Below are positions 14,241-28,740 of a DNA stretch of 64,000 bases, piece by piece (within the stretch, counting starts at the first letter, position 1; each line of letters opens with the position of its first letter). Made by a program: the position numbers and the translations under genes. Source of the DNA: Eledone cirrhosa (lineage: Eukaryota); contig OZ024743.1 of the NCBI GenBank assembly GCA_964016885.1, forward strand, positions 310,001-374,000. Direction: 5' to 3'. The notes beneath the pieces were generated by a model. The model had not been told where the DNA came from and made no database searches. It saw nothing but the letters and a program-made list of their open reading frames with translations.

Positions 14241-15528
14241 TAGAATTTGAATAATCTATAAAAAGAAAAACACACAACGCTACACCCAGTCCAAAATATG
14301 CAAGGTACTTTCAATTTGCAATACAACTCACATAATACAATTTCAGCACAGCCACTACTCTACAGAAGTTCATCTAATAACGATGGACCGTCTTAAAACT
14401 ACCTTTAAAAAAGCTTCTCATACATGGGGAAAAGGCGGGATTGTCACGACTGGAAATGATTTGATCATAGGCGTAGCTCTTTTCTTTGTCTACCGTTTGT
14501 GTAGTTTAACCCTAGTTCAACACTAATGCAGTAGATCTATGGTTAAAGGAATTCCAACCGTGACTATACCGTCTTCTTTTATATACTGGGAAACCAGGAT
14601 CACAGTATCCCAAATGTAGTTTTCTAAAGATGTCATTCGAAGGTGATTTAGCTGCTAATTGATAGAAGTTGAGATAACCAACAGAAACTTTCTCGTTGGG
14701 TGATTTTTTAAAATTATTTTTATTATTGTTTTCTTCTTAGTGGTTGTGGTAGTGGTGATGCTGATGTTGGTGAGTGTGCGTTGAGAAGTTGCTTAAATGG
14801 ACCGAAATATGATGCAGATTGCAGTTCAGAAGAGAAAGGATACGATAACCTGTCTTGTGAATTATCAATTCAGTAGTTTGTGAGTTTTAATCAGCAGTAG
14901 ATATTTCATTGTGTTTTTGGCTGCAACAGAATATTTTATTCGTTGTTTCCACTCGGTGTTCTTAGCTAACTGAAATAGATTTAAGTTTCCAGATGTTTGG
15001 GAATACTACATAGTTCAGCCAATAAAATCAAAACTGAACACAAAATATAAAGAGCCCTTCATTTCCCACTTCAGCGCAAGCCGAAGGGTGGGGGAAGTTG
15101 GAATTTTAAAAGTACATTTGTGTTTATATATTTAGTGATAAGACATTGTACAAGTATGATAAGACATAGCAAGGATGAATGAGGGGGGGGGGGATAAATA
15201 GTATAAAGGAGAGGAGCGGAAGGAGGAAACTGGAGAAGAAGTGCCCCACCACTACCCCACTACTCTATGACAGCATTTATAGGGTCAGCTTTTGAACCCA
15301 CTTCCCCCTTTAGATATATTCATGTCTGATGTCTAGGCTTGAATCACCATCTTTCTTTATGAGTTTTATTTAATGCCATGCCTGTTGCGATATGAAATGT
15401 TCTGACTTATAATATTTCGATATTACGTGGCCTATATCCTTATCAACAACTTCACCTGTGAGTATGTAAAATATAAAATGGATGTCTACTTTTCTTAACC
15501 TTATCTAAAAATATTAACTTTCTCTTCA

Positions 15529-15646
<118 letters not shown>

Positions 15647-15878
15647 TGCGAGAGAGCATATGAGAGATTTGAAATTACAGTCGCCAAAATGCGATATAAG
15701 TAGTAATCACTATAAATAATTCGGGTAAAATATCCCTAGAGACAAAAGAAAGTAGACACACGAGAAACATTTTTTTCCATTTCCCAGAGTACTTTATACT
15801 ATTATTCATGGTTAACTGCATAGTGGCGACGATATTTACAAATTTCAAATTTCCCAATAATGCGTAAGTTAACCAATG

Positions 15879-15954
<76 letters not shown>

Positions 15955-16083
15955 GTGTATAATGATAGCTATGGTGCTTCCATAGGCGGTATGCCAAAAT
16001 TAGCACTCGATATTCATCAGAGTAGAGTGTAGATAGTATAAAGAAAACGAAAAATCAGTGATGCATCTGGACTTAATTTATTG

Positions 16084-16174
16084 CGTGTTACAATTGTTTC
16101 TCCGGCAGGTAGCTCGAGACATGGTCCCTGTATGGATCTGGCTGATTCTACGGCTGCAGGTTCTTTCAGACACG
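16084..16174 (-). ncRNA. Type I hammerhead-like motif with long stem II and a 1-nt core insertion
   Basis: Minus strand: CGTGT-CTGAAAGA-(61-nt stem II region)-GAAA-CAATTGTA-ACACG; perfect 5-bp stem I, palindromic ACAATTGT. Confidence 0.65.
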
Positions 16175-16726
16175 AGTATTTCGTTTGGAGCAGATTTTAG
16201 TGATATATGTATATATATATATATGTATATATACGTATATATATATGTATATATATATTTATATATACATATATATATATAAATACACACACCTATGTAA
16301 GTATATATGCATAGATACATACTATTGGAAGGCTGTTGATTCCTTTACACATACACATGCCCATACACACACTATACACTTACACACACATATATATTCA
16401 TTTAAGTATGTGAATGTTAGAGTATGTTGAACCATACCAACAAAATATGAAAATATATATTAGTCTTTATAATTTTGTAGAAGCAATTAAGTAAATCGCA
16501 TCAAGTTAGATTAATTATTGCTTGCAGCAAATCCCCATTAGTATTGTCACTGTCGTAGTTTTATTATCATTATTATTAGTAGTATTTTTTAGAAACAATT
16601 ATTATTATTAGTATTTTTTACACATTTTTATACAAATTCATATGCTTATTGATAATTGGTGCTGCGCGTGTATGTGTGTGTGTGTATGTGTTTGTGTGGA
16701 TTTTAGTCTTCAAATTTATTCATTAT

Positions 16727-16761
<35 letters not shown>

Positions 16762-18807
16762 AAGAGAGAGAGAGATAAATAGATATATGTGTGCGTGTGT
16801 ATGTGAGTGTGTGCATGCCTATATAAATATGTGTATATATATATATATATTTATTAAGGCATGTACACACGCTCACACACACACATAGATATGCATATAT
16901 ACACACACATTCTATATATATATACGTATACATTATGCAGCGATTTTTCTAACATTTCGTAAGTTTTAAATATGTTTTCGTTTAATGAGACTGGTTTCAT
17001 ATTTGTTCTGCTTATTAATCATCTCATTAGTGAATATTCGCAAGAAGACATGTTATAGATATACATATCCTCATCATCAATATTATCATGTTTTACCAAC
17101 ATTGCAGTCGGCTAATCTGACAGGAGTTATCTCCCTTGCATGTTATAATCTTTCAATGTTGTTTACGTCTGCTAATTGCTAGGATAATTTCAGGTGATTC
17201 AAGTTTTCGAACTCACTATGTCACATATGTGAGTTCCTACAGCTTATGTATGTATATAAGTACGTACGTACGTACGTACGTATGTATGTATATATGTATA
17301 TATGTATGTATGTTTATATGTATATACGTATGTATGTATGTATGTATGTATGTATGTATGTATGTATGTATGTATGTATGTATGTATGTATGTATGCACC
17401 TACGTATGTGTGTATGTATGTATGTGTGTGTGTTTGTGTATGTGTTGGGTGTTTGTGTGTGCCAGTGTGTGTCTGTGTGCACGCGTGTTTGTTTCAAGGA
17501 TATCACTTATGGTATCTAAGAAATCTTTTTTGCAGACCATAAATATGTCAACTTAGCTAACGATACAAGAAAGAAAGAGATAAAGTCACTGTGTATGTGT
17601 GTAAGAAAGGGAGAGAGGGGGGGGGGGGGGGATAGAAAGAAAGATAAAGTGAATGTATGTGAGTGAGAGATAGATAGATAGATAGATAGATAGAAAAAGC
17701 GAGAGGGAGAGAGAGAGAGAGAGAGAGAGACGGAGAAAACAAAGTAGTGTACAGGCAATCATAACATAACATGAATTCGATCTTATATTACTTTCTCTAT
17801 TTTTATTGCAGCGTCACTCTCATAAAAGACACACACGTACACACGCACAGGCACACGTACATACCCTTACACACACAAACACACATACATAGATGCCCGC
17901 CCGCGCCCCCTCATTCACACACCTGCTCAATTCTATACAAACATAAACAGAATCATTTGACACTCTATCACTGTCTGTCTCTTTTCTTCGCCCTTTCGCT
18001 CTCTCTCTCTCTCTCACTCTCTCACTTACAGATGCACTCCATGTTTTCCCACTGGTGTCTCTCTCACTGTTCATGTTTATCAATACTCAAAACTTTCAGT
18101 CTTCTACTCAGCTTCTCCTCTCCCACAAACGTCCCTATTCCTTTCCCTTCTCTCTTACACACATAGTAATGTCTCTCTCTTCACTTTCTATCTGGGTCTC
18201 TTTCACTCTCTCTCTCTATCCTGCTCTGTCAATCAATTATCCCTCTATTACACTCTACCTTGCCTTTTCCTCTCCGCACTGAGACCAAATCAACTCTCGC
18301 ATTCATGTCTTTCTCTCTTTCTCCCCCCCCCCCTCTCACACACACACACACGCACACACATACAACATTCTCTGTCTCCTTTGTTATTCAGTGTTATATA
18401 ACTCTTTCAAATTATCTGCTGTTATTTCTCCCTGACTTATGACATCCTTTGATAATATATCTGCCGTACATATTACCAGTGACTCCCGCCACTCAACGAT
18501 CGATGTGTCCTCTCCAAACTAGACCAGTTAGGGGAGAACACGTATTAAGTTTTGCTTTGAACCCTTTTGTTTTACCTGTGAAAAAGGCGCCTTAGCCCTG
18601 AAATATGTTGAAATATACTGGGTAAAAACAATACTTTGTTTTGTTTTATTTGTCATTCTTTACCATTTACTATAAATATTTGGCATGTTAGCTTATCATA
18701 ATCATATTACAAATGTATTACAGTGACAAAATGTCTGACTGAATACTGAATCATTTTTTTCCGTTCCTTCCTTTTCTCATTTTTTCTCATCCTATTTCGT
18801 CTTTTAT

Positions 18808-18845
18808 TTCTTCTGATGAAGGACTAGAGTCCGAAATGTTTGGAC
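18808..18845 (+). ncRNA. Degenerate minimal hammerhead
   Basis: CTGATGA-aGGAC taga GTCC-GAAA-TGTT; stem I is eroded; stem II is related to the 9937 motif. Confidence 0.5.
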
Positions 18846-19432
18846 TCTTTTCCAACTAGTTCAATGGTTAAACTAAATTATTTTGTTTAAAGATTTTATT
18901 TCGCAGAATGATTATTCTGCTAATTGCTCGAATGATCTCAGTTAATCGAAAATTTCCAAAACATTGTACTACACATAGGATGCACTACTCTCTTTATATA
19001 TATATAAGCCATAAGAGCTATTTCATGTCTTATACTTGTCTTTCTGCGCAGGTGACATATAGCTGTCTAAACGACAAAACTCTAGACAGGAAAATTGAAT
19101 TTAAAGTCACTCAGTTGAATTTTAATGAATTTAGTAATGTGATAGGCTTGTTACAGGAATAATATGTATGTGATTATAGCCAATTAGACAGAATGGGTGC
19201 TGACAAATCACAAACGAAATGAATTAAAAAAAAATACCAGTTTATGAAATTAGAATAATTTATTACCCCTCTAGTAAATTATTGTATACCATTCCCTCCA
19301 TTAACTATAGATGGGATCCAAACATTTTCAGTTGCATAAGATCAGCCCAAGCGATAGAAAAGGTACATAGTGGAGACAGCATATATACGGGTGCGTGTGT
19401 GTGTATGTGTATGTATCTGTATATATATATGC

Positions 19433-19513
<81 letters not shown>

Positions 19514-19689
19514 CACACACACATATATATATATATATAAATATATATATATGTATATGTATATATGTATATGTATGTATGTACATATATATATATTTAT
19601 TCATATCTATATATATATATATACATATATATATAGATATGTATATATATATATATAGATATGTATATATATATATAAATTTTCTAGTA

Positions 19690-20150
19690 TTCTACTCTAA
19701 CCATAATTTTCAGTAGTACCACCCTACATAAATTCCTCAATTTAAGATTGACCTGTAGTATCGAATTTCATACTATAAACCCCAATTGAATATATATCTG
19801 ACCAGGAATGCTTTTTGTGAAAATCAGACATATGGAACTATTGTCATCTTGCCTGACGGTTTGAACTTTACAACACCACCTGCCTCTTTGAGGTCAAATA
19901 CCAACCCTACAAGCATCTTCAAACTGACCAATGAGAATTAAGACTATTCCTGCTGACAACATTAAATTATTCCTAACAAACTCATATGTCCCAAGGGTCT
20001 GATACAATCAACACCATAAACACAGAGCTGGCATATCTAAGAACTGACTAACTGCCTGATGAGGTCATAGCCACTCAATGGCTGTCATCGAAATATATAT
20101 AGCAGTAAATAAAGGATAATAAGTTCATGCAATTGACTTATGTTTCGTCA
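19690..20150 (+). mobile_element. PLE 3' remnant
   Basis: ILPDGLNF (PxGLN motif) near 19845-19870, followed by an HHR at 20051; bounded by (TA)n. Confidence 0.6.
20051..20106 (+). ncRNA. Minimal type I hammerhead ribozyme
   Basis: ACTGC-CTGATGA-GGTCATAGCCA ctcaa TGGCTGTCATC-GAAA-TATATATA-GCAGT. Confidence 0.8.
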
Positions 20151-20189
20151 TTATATATACATATATATATATATGTATATGTATGTATG

Positions 20190-20226
<37 letters not shown>

Positions 20227-20245
20227 ATAAGTATATATGTTTATC

Positions 20246-20286
<41 letters not shown>

Positions 20287-20291
<5 letters not shown>

Positions 20292-20516
20292 AACGAGTAG
20301 GACCCGACGGCTGAGCTCAACCCGTTTCGACGGCTAATTCTGGACTAAATTAGTCTAGACTAATTCTGAACTAATTTAGTCCAGAATTAGCCGTCGAAAC
20401 GGCTTGAGCTCAGCCGTTGGGGTCCTACTCGTTCCTATTACCTACTCTACTACCCTAAGTATTGAGTACTTTGGTGCGTTATGGTCCACCTGGTTCCTTA
20501 TCACATTTCCTTCGTT
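20287..20516 (+). mobile_element. Family A palindromic element, copy 3
   Basis: Inverted repeat with a duplicated centre, then the tail ending CTTCGTT(AT)n. Confidence 0.85.
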
Positions 20517-20716
20517 ATATATATATATATATATTTATTTATTAAAATAACAGATTAAAGTTTAAGCAAAGAATCGATGCTTTCACCCTTAACGGGATCT
20601 TCTGAAACTCATATATATTGTATACCAATGGAGGGAATGGTATACAATATATATGTATATATATATAAAATAAAGTTAAATAAAAGTCAAATGATTAAAA
20701 TTTAGCTTCGTTTATT

Positions 20717-20771
20717 ACTGCTATATATATTTCAGTGACAGCCATCTTTGGCTGTGACCTCTTCAGGCAGT
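20717..20771 (-). ncRNA. Minimal type I hammerhead ribozyme (left arm)
   Basis: Exact reverse complement of 21002-21056. Confidence 0.8.
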
Positions 20772-21001
20772 TTGAATTAGTATGGTATAGACAAGTACAT
20801 ATGTTGTTTAGGTGTATGATATTGTCAATACTCTGATATGCCCAGTTCCTTGTTGGGTTGTTAATTCACTGGGGAACTGGAGTCATATGACTCCCGTTCC
20901 CCAATGAATTAACAACCCAACAAGGAACTGGGCATATCAGAGTATTGACAATATCATACACCTAAACAACATATGTACTTGTCTATACCATACTAATTCA
21001 A

Positions 21002-21056
21002 ACTGCCTGAAGAGGTCACAGCCAAAGATGGCTGTCACTGAAATATATATAGCAGT
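21002..21056 (+). ncRNA. Minimal type I hammerhead ribozyme (right arm)
   Basis: ACTGC-CTGAAGA-GGTCACAGCCA aaga TGGCTGTCACT-GAAA-TATATATA-GCAGT. Confidence 0.8.
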
Positions 21057-21201
21057 AATAAACGAAGCTAAATTTTAATCATTTGACTTTTATTTAACTT
21101 TATTTTACACTACTCCGGAGTAACCAAACCAACCTGCGCACTTCGTCGAGTGCTCCAGCCTGCATACTGAGGTGTTGGTATACAACCAACATAAACTCAA
21201 A

Positions 21202-21251
<50 letters not shown>

Positions 21252-21253
<2 letters not shown>

Positions 21254-21430
21254 CGAAGGAAGTGTGGTAAGGAAACAGGTGGACCATAACGCACCAGAGT
21301 ACTCAATACTTAGAGTAGTAAAGTGGGTAATAGGAAAATGTTCACAGCAGAGCTGAAGCCGTTTCGCCGGCTAGAAATAGCCATCGAAACTGCTTGAGCT
21401 CTGCCGTCGGGGTCTTGAACATTTTCCTAT
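21252..21430 (-). mobile_element. Family A palindromic element, copy 4 (diverged)
   Basis: Same tail; arms partly deleted. Confidence 0.8.
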
Positions 21431-21439
21431 ATATGTATA

Positions 21440-21553
<114 letters not shown>

Positions 21554-21605
21554 ATATGTGTGTGTATATATATATATATATTGATAGATAGATAATAGAT
21601 ATATA

Positions 21606-21703
<98 letters not shown>

Positions 21704-22456
21704 GATTATCTATCTCTCTCTCTCTATATATATATACACAGACACACACACACTGTGTGTCCGTTGTATATGTATTTGGTGTGTGTGCATGTCTCAGTGT
21801 GTATTTTGTGATACTTTTTAAATGATCGCCTCTCTATATTGCAGTTCGTTTCCTTGTATACCGTTTGTATGCCTCATTTACTTCATGCAATTCTTCTTAT
21901 TCTCCGCTAGATGAAAAAAGTCAAAATTACCCGAGTAGTTAGTTGCCAGGAGTGAAGGAAGAGTATTGAGAAAAATGCTTACAATATATGTAAAGAAAAA
22001 TGAATGGGCAACAAGAATGAGGCAGAGATTGGGTGAAAGTTTCAGTGAGAGAGGCAGAAACAAGAGAATAGAGAATAGAGACAGGAGATTGAAGGAATAA
22101 GAAATACAGAAATAACAACAACGAAAAGTCTGATGAATAAAGCGTGTGCGTTTCAATACAAACCATCTGTTTACACAATATATGTTTTTCGTGGGCACTG
22201 TTTTAGATTTACTAATATTTACTTTAGTATATGTGTTAGGGGAAAAAAAAACTGCAATACCGAACAAACAAAGAGACTATATAACTGCAAAATATTTGTA
22301 CTTGTAAGACTTATCTTACGATAATGTGAACGGACAGCGAGGACAGTTGAATATATAGCCAGGGTCTCTCACTATTTTTCTGTTTGTTACTCTTTATCTT
22401 TTTCTCCCCACCTTTCTCTTTTCATCCCTTCACTCCCCACCTCTGCTTCTGGATGT

Positions 22457-22522
<66 letters not shown>

Positions 22523-22669
22523 CGTACATAACTCAATATCAATAATACGAACGAATAAAAAATATAAAGACTTATTTATATGTGTATATGTTTGCATATT
22601 TATAGTTACTAACATTTACTTTGTGTATACATATATATGTATATATGTACAAACACCACACACACACAC

Positions 22670-22704
<35 letters not shown>

Positions 22705-23177
22705 TGTTTGTGTGTATGGGGAGTGTATGTTTGTATTCATATGTATCTACGTTTGTATATATAAAGTAAATAAGAAAGCCATACAGTACAGTTTTCTTTA
22801 AAATTTGTATCACTCATCTGTGATAAATTGTTTACATAGCCTAAAGCTGATATTTTTGCATAAAAAATGCCCTATTCAAAGGTTGAAAAAAACATATATA
22901 TAAGACGATTGAAAATATCTCAAAATGTCTCTATATCGCTAGGTCCATCGTTTAGGTTTTGTGTCTATTTGTATGGGAAACTTTCGTGAGATGAAATCCC
23001 TAAACAGGCTTTGCGTTTGAAGATCCTGCTGGTAGTATGCCACTAGCTCACCCAGTGCAGTAAAACAAAATCGCTGGAATCTTACAGATATACATATGCG
23101 TGTGTATGAAAGTGTGGAAATAAGTGTATGTATTTTGTGTGTATGCGTGTGTGTGTATGTGCGTTTGTGTGTGTGTG

Positions 23178-23287
<110 letters not shown>

Positions 23288-23783
23288 TATGTGCGTGCGT
23301 GTGTATGTGTGCGTGTGTGTGTGTGTATAGCTATGTTTTTTTCACGTTACATTTCAAACTAAGTCACGAATAAACAAACGTTAGTAAGTATAGCAACAGA
23401 TTTCAGAATACCAATTCCTGTTTGGTATATTCCGTTTCCAGCGAAGATAAACATGTTGCTTACATTATAGAGCAAAAGAAACAAATCAAAAGATGTACAA
23501 AGATGAATAAAAAAATATACATGAAATTAAAACAAAATAGCCACAGCCAATAAAACAAAGAAAATATACTGAATGAAAAAATAGTAATAATTATAATAGG
23601 AAATAATCAGAAGAAAGAGAAGAGTTAGCAGACATTCACATCAATCATGGCGCCGTATTTTAAACGGTCCTGCAGGTAAATGTTAATTTCCTTACAGCAC
23701 CACCACAAACAGAAAACCTTGATCATCGACTCCTTTCATTTGGTCTTTTTATGCATATATATATACATACACACATAAATAAC

Positions 23784-23892
<109 letters not shown>

Positions 23893-23963
23893 TAGATATA
23901 GATATAGATATATATATACATAAACGGAAAAAATGAAACGAAATTTCATTACGTGTACATACT

Positions 23964-24021
<58 letters not shown>

Positions 24022-24057
24022 TAACATGAATATGACAACATATTCTTAGAGGATCAT

Positions 24058-24115
<58 letters not shown>

Positions 24116-24142
24116 TATATATTATATCACAGAAAAAAAAGA

Positions 24143-24200
<58 letters not shown>

Positions 24201-25454
24201 CATCCGATTTTAAATGGTTATAGTTTTGAAACAAATGACCATATAATCACATGAGGTAACTTGTATAACACATGTCTGAATATGAAGTATAGATGTGTCT
24301 TGTGTCCCAAGGAGGACATATTGCGCATCTGTAAACATTGTAAATAAAACTTTATATTCAAACAGCTATAGCATGATTATATGTTCATTTGTTTTGGATG
24401 TTTGGAAAGAAAGATACAGCAAAAAAGAGAAAGCAGTAGATGTGAAACGAAACGCAAAAAAAAAAAAGAAAAGAAATTAAATTCACTTAGGGATGGGTAT
24501 TTTACTGTAATAAACCTTATTCTCGATTACTCTTATTACCAAGCTCAAATATCATCTCCTATTAGTGTTCTCTGGTCTACAGACGTCTGCGAAGAGCAGG
24601 GTCATTTAACAGAGCAATAGTCGCTACTCCTTCCCGCCTTTTAACAAATTTATTAAATGTAGAACAAAAATAAAATCAATGTTCAGAGTTTAAATCTAAC
24701 CGGACGGGATTTTACCTTTCACCCTTCTGGTTTCAATAAAATGAAATACAGTTGAAGTCACTTATTGTGGTAATTTGGAATGAATCCTTTATGTAAACAA
24801 ACGTCCTGTGTGAAGCTCGAACATTCGAATTTAAGAAGCGCCGATGAAATAAGTTTATAGAAAATGTAAGATGCTCAATCGCAGAAAATAACTACAATTA
24901 CTGTCAGAGTTCGATTCTTCGTGGCGGTCGTTGACAACATTTTTTTCCGTCTCTAAGGCTCTTAACCCAATTTTTATAAGCTATTTTCTTTATTAACTAA
25001 CTGTAATTGCAGTTAAATTCTGCGCTTGACCGTCCTGCATCTTCAATAAACTATCTGGATATTTTACTCTCATAAACGTACAAATTAATTTTAGATAAAG
25101 AGTATGGGAACCTACTAATTTTGATAAGAATAAACGCTTGATAACGTTATCTATAATTATAATAATTGATTTCTTTTGTACATATAGGTACATACGCATA
25201 TATAACAAAACCAGTATCTCCATTCCCAACAACAACGACGTAAAATTCCACCACTGCAACTAGTATTCATCACCACCACCTACTGCTTCTTCGTAGCTAG
25301 CGCACTTTTCTTTTGATCTCTACAATAATTATTGTGGTTGTACAGAGGTTTACTTGAATCAGTAACATATTCAACAGTATGTGTCATACTCTCGCTTTCT
25401 TATCGCGCACGTGTGTGCATATATATATACATATGTATATATATATATATATAA

Positions 25455-25682
25455 GTCTAAAGTCTGTCTTAAGCCAGAAGGCTCTTTTGGCCAGACCTTA
25501 TCCCGGTCTCATGGCGTGAAACAACTGAGAGTACAAGTCTTCGCCCTAGACAGGACGCTAACTGTTGCTGGTACTCATTTTTAGCTGAGTATACTGGAGC
25601 AACGTGAAATGAAGTGTTTTGCTCAAGAACACAACACGCAATCTAGGAATCGAACCCAACACACTTACCACTAGGCCACGTG
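25455..25682 (-). mobile_element. V-domain-like tRNA SINE, near full length
   Basis: Minus strand CGTGGCCTAGTGGTAAG A box, GGGTTCGATTCC B box, GTTCTTGAGCAAAACACTTCA body. Confidence 0.8.
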
Positions 25683-25765
<83 letters not shown>

Positions 25766-26223
25766 TGGGGGAGGGGCGTGCGCATGTATATATTATTCTA
25801 TGAGAATAATGTTATTGTACCAAGGGAGATGGTCGAACTGAGATTACACGCTGTAAAATATATCAATAAATAATTATTTGATAATATAATCCGTAATTAT
25901 CATAAACCGCTTCCTGTGTATATAGATATATATAGATATTTATGCTAAATACATTCAGGCACATCGTTCACCGTAATACACCAGAATCTCCTCACCTAAT
26001 ATTCACATATGATCCAACCACTACATTTGTCGCCATCTACTACTGAGGTATTATACTCAATATAATCGTCTTCATCAGTGATGCCGAAATATATTTCGTT
26101 GCGGAAACCTGAAATTATTTTCCAAAACTTGAAGAAACAAAACTATGTCTTACGAACAATTCATGCTACGACATTGAATGAAACAAATATAGTCATAGAG
26201 AGAGAATGTATGTACTATGTATG

Positions 26224-26329
<106 letters not shown>

Positions 26330-26340
26330 CATGTATGTAT

Positions 26341-26847
26341 GTCAGGTCACCAGTTGGTGCTACTGGTAACATGTATCCCAGTACAACCTGTCAAAGGGCA
26401 AAGGAGCTCTTAAGAGTCAATGGCCATCCAAAACCACCGGGAGAGATGACCCCTTAGCCTTTGTCAAGGCAGAATTCTAGGAGAAGGAAAACTTTGACAT
26501 AACACCTGCGACCCTGATGGTATCCAATGATGTTGACTTGTTCTTCTTTTTGGTAAATATCATCTTGGTTAAGAGAGTGGGACTGGCTTTGTGCAGTGCC
26601 TTTGCTCACTATAAAAGCTTCACGGCACAGGCATTGCTTTATATCTGGAGATCTCTCTGCACTTGTCGTCACATGGTACCAAGGGCCCAGCACTATGTGT
26701 CAATAATTGTCACAAGTGTAGTGTTTGTACCAGAGTTTTCAAGTCGCTGGCTGGACTAAAAAGTCACACTCGTTCAGCGCATCGGTAGGGCTTCTCCTAC
26801 ATGGATATAAAGTAGTGGCTGTACTCGAAAACGAGTTGGCAGCCACC
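26341..26847 (+). mobile_element. Non-autonomous bipartite RTE derivative with (ATGT)n tail, internally deleted copy
   Basis: Near-identical to the 43462-44079 unit but missing about 100 bp between ACCTGTC direct repeats. Confidence 0.85.
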
Positions 26848-27090
26848 ATGTATGTTTGTATATATGTATGTATGTATGTAGGCAATATTTTATAACATTT
26901 CAAAAAGTTTACCTAAAATCGCGGAAACCAAGAATTTTTGTTGCGGAATATTTTTGGTAAATATTAGTCTACTTCAAACCCTCGTATTACCGTTAAGAAT
27001 CAATATGGCAATTGCAACTATAAACGGTGGATTAGCAGATCAGATGGAGCGTTAGACAAACGCATACTGGCATTTATTATTACTGGATTG

Positions 27091-27430
27091 GCAGGTGGAT
27101 TGGCAGTATCGGTAGAGGGTCGGACGCCATGCTTCGCAGCAAAGAGTTACGGCCCTTTATGGTCTGAGCTCAAATCCCGCCGAGGTTAACTTTGCCTTTC
27201 AACCTTAAGGGGTCGATAAAATAAAGTACCGGTAATACACTGGATAATTGCTGGCCTTGTGCCAAAAGTAGAAACAATTATTACTTTGTACGTTCTGAGT
27301 TCAAATCCACCGAGAAGATTTTTGTCTTTCATAATTCGGGATCGATAAAACAAAGCACCAATGAAGTACTGATGTCGATATAATCGACAACTCCTTTCTT
27401 TCCAAATCACTAGCCTTATATTTAAATGCG
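27091..27430 (+). mobile_element. Meta-domain-like SINE (young copy 27091-27280) nested in an older copy
   Basis: Two successive SINE bodies; older head upstream near 27024. Confidence 0.75.
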
Positions 27431-28017
27431 AAACCCCTATTACAATTACAATTACTACCGCCACTACTGTTTGTTGATGCTACCTGTGTCTGGGTGAGAA
27501 TTGCTACAAAGTTTGCTGCGAGTGCATGGTACAATGTACGGTATATAACCGTCACAAACTAAAGTCGAATATGATGAATAGTAAACATTTCAAACTTTAT
27601 TCAGTAATGTATAGAAAATACACACCGAGACTCGCACGAAAAAAGGAAATATGGATAATCTATTGATTCATTCTCAAGACGCATTAAGATAATCCTTAAT
27701 CGGGTTAATGAATTCTCAAAATAATTTAAATGCACTTTAAAGGTATGTGTGTACCTATGTATAACACACACAGATATATATATATATTATTAGGAGCAAT
27801 AAAGCTAAATACTACTACTAATAATAATAAATATTATTATTATGATTATGATAATTGGGTAATTGCTGGGTAATTGCTGGCCTTGTGCCTAAAGTAGAAA
27901 CAATTATTATGATTATGATAATATTCACATCATCTTCATCATCGACTGACATTTTTCACTAGCGGTCCGATAATTGATATAGCTGTAAAGAAGACACAAG
28001 ACGTTCGGATTATTTGC

Positions 28018-28030
28018 TTACTACTACTAT

Positions 28031-28106
<76 letters not shown>

Positions 28107-28136
28107 TCTGTTGCTGCTACTACTACTAGTACTACT
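28018..28136. repeat. (CTA)n(CTG)n trinucleotide tract
   Basis: Direct reading. Confidence 0.95.
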
Positions 28137-28137
28137 T

Positions 28138-28340
28138 TGTTTTAAGAAAAACCCTGTACAAATAGAAAATATAAAGTCTGCAGATTAAGCCCACAGGTTA
28201 ACTGTAAGAATAGGAATATAACATATATAGGTTAAACGGCTCATAGTATAAGAGAAAAGATGAAAGAACATTGGCGAGTAGACCAAGACGAGAAAACCCC
28301 ATCAGTACTCTACCAACATGCCAGAATGGAATATCGTGTC
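28138..28340 (+). pseudogene. Penelope-like GIY-YIG endonuclease remnant
   Basis: CFKKN...NCKNRNITYIG*TAHSIREKMKEHWRVDQDEKTPSVLYQHA (YIGET-R-EH signature with a stop). Confidence 0.75.
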
Positions 28341-28701
28341 TCACTAAGGAATATCTAAACACCGACAGATTATAGAAGCAACAAATATAAATGAACTTCG
28401 ACACCAGCATTAAATAGAAAACATGAATAGAATAATAACAACAATAAAAACATAGTCACTATGGACAATATAAAGACACACAAGAAGAAAACTTATAAGA
28501 GTCATGGACAGAGATACCCTGCCACACACACACACACACACACACATACACTCACACTCATACTCACACACGTACACACACACACACACTAACACACACA
28601 CATATATATATACATATATATATATATATGCATATATATATATATTGCAAACTTGCAATATATAAGTTGAAAATTGCAAACTTGACTGTCACCACACATT
28701 A

Positions 28702-28740
28702 TGAACCTGAAGATTGCGAAAGCATGAAAGTACTTGTTCA
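28702..28740 (+). ncRNA. Minimal type I hammerhead ribozyme
   Basis: TGAAC-CTGAAGA-tTGC gaaa GCAt-GAAA-GTACTT-GTTCA; palindromic AAGTACTT, CUU site; lies downstream of the GIY-YIG remnant. Confidence 0.8.

Larger units (their letters stand above)
20666..21204 (+). mobile_element. PLE 3' end with inverted duplication: 442-bp palindrome (20666-21107) plus one-sided tail
   Basis: 221-bp arms with no spacer, centre 20886/20887, 2 mismatches seen; TPVPQ*IN (PxGxN-like) next to the centre; an HHR in each arm. Confidence 0.85.

Noticed and set aside
22130-22160. CTGATGA core (also at 50788, 8369 rc, 26071 rc, 29741 rc)
   Set aside because: No matching GAAA half or flanking stems
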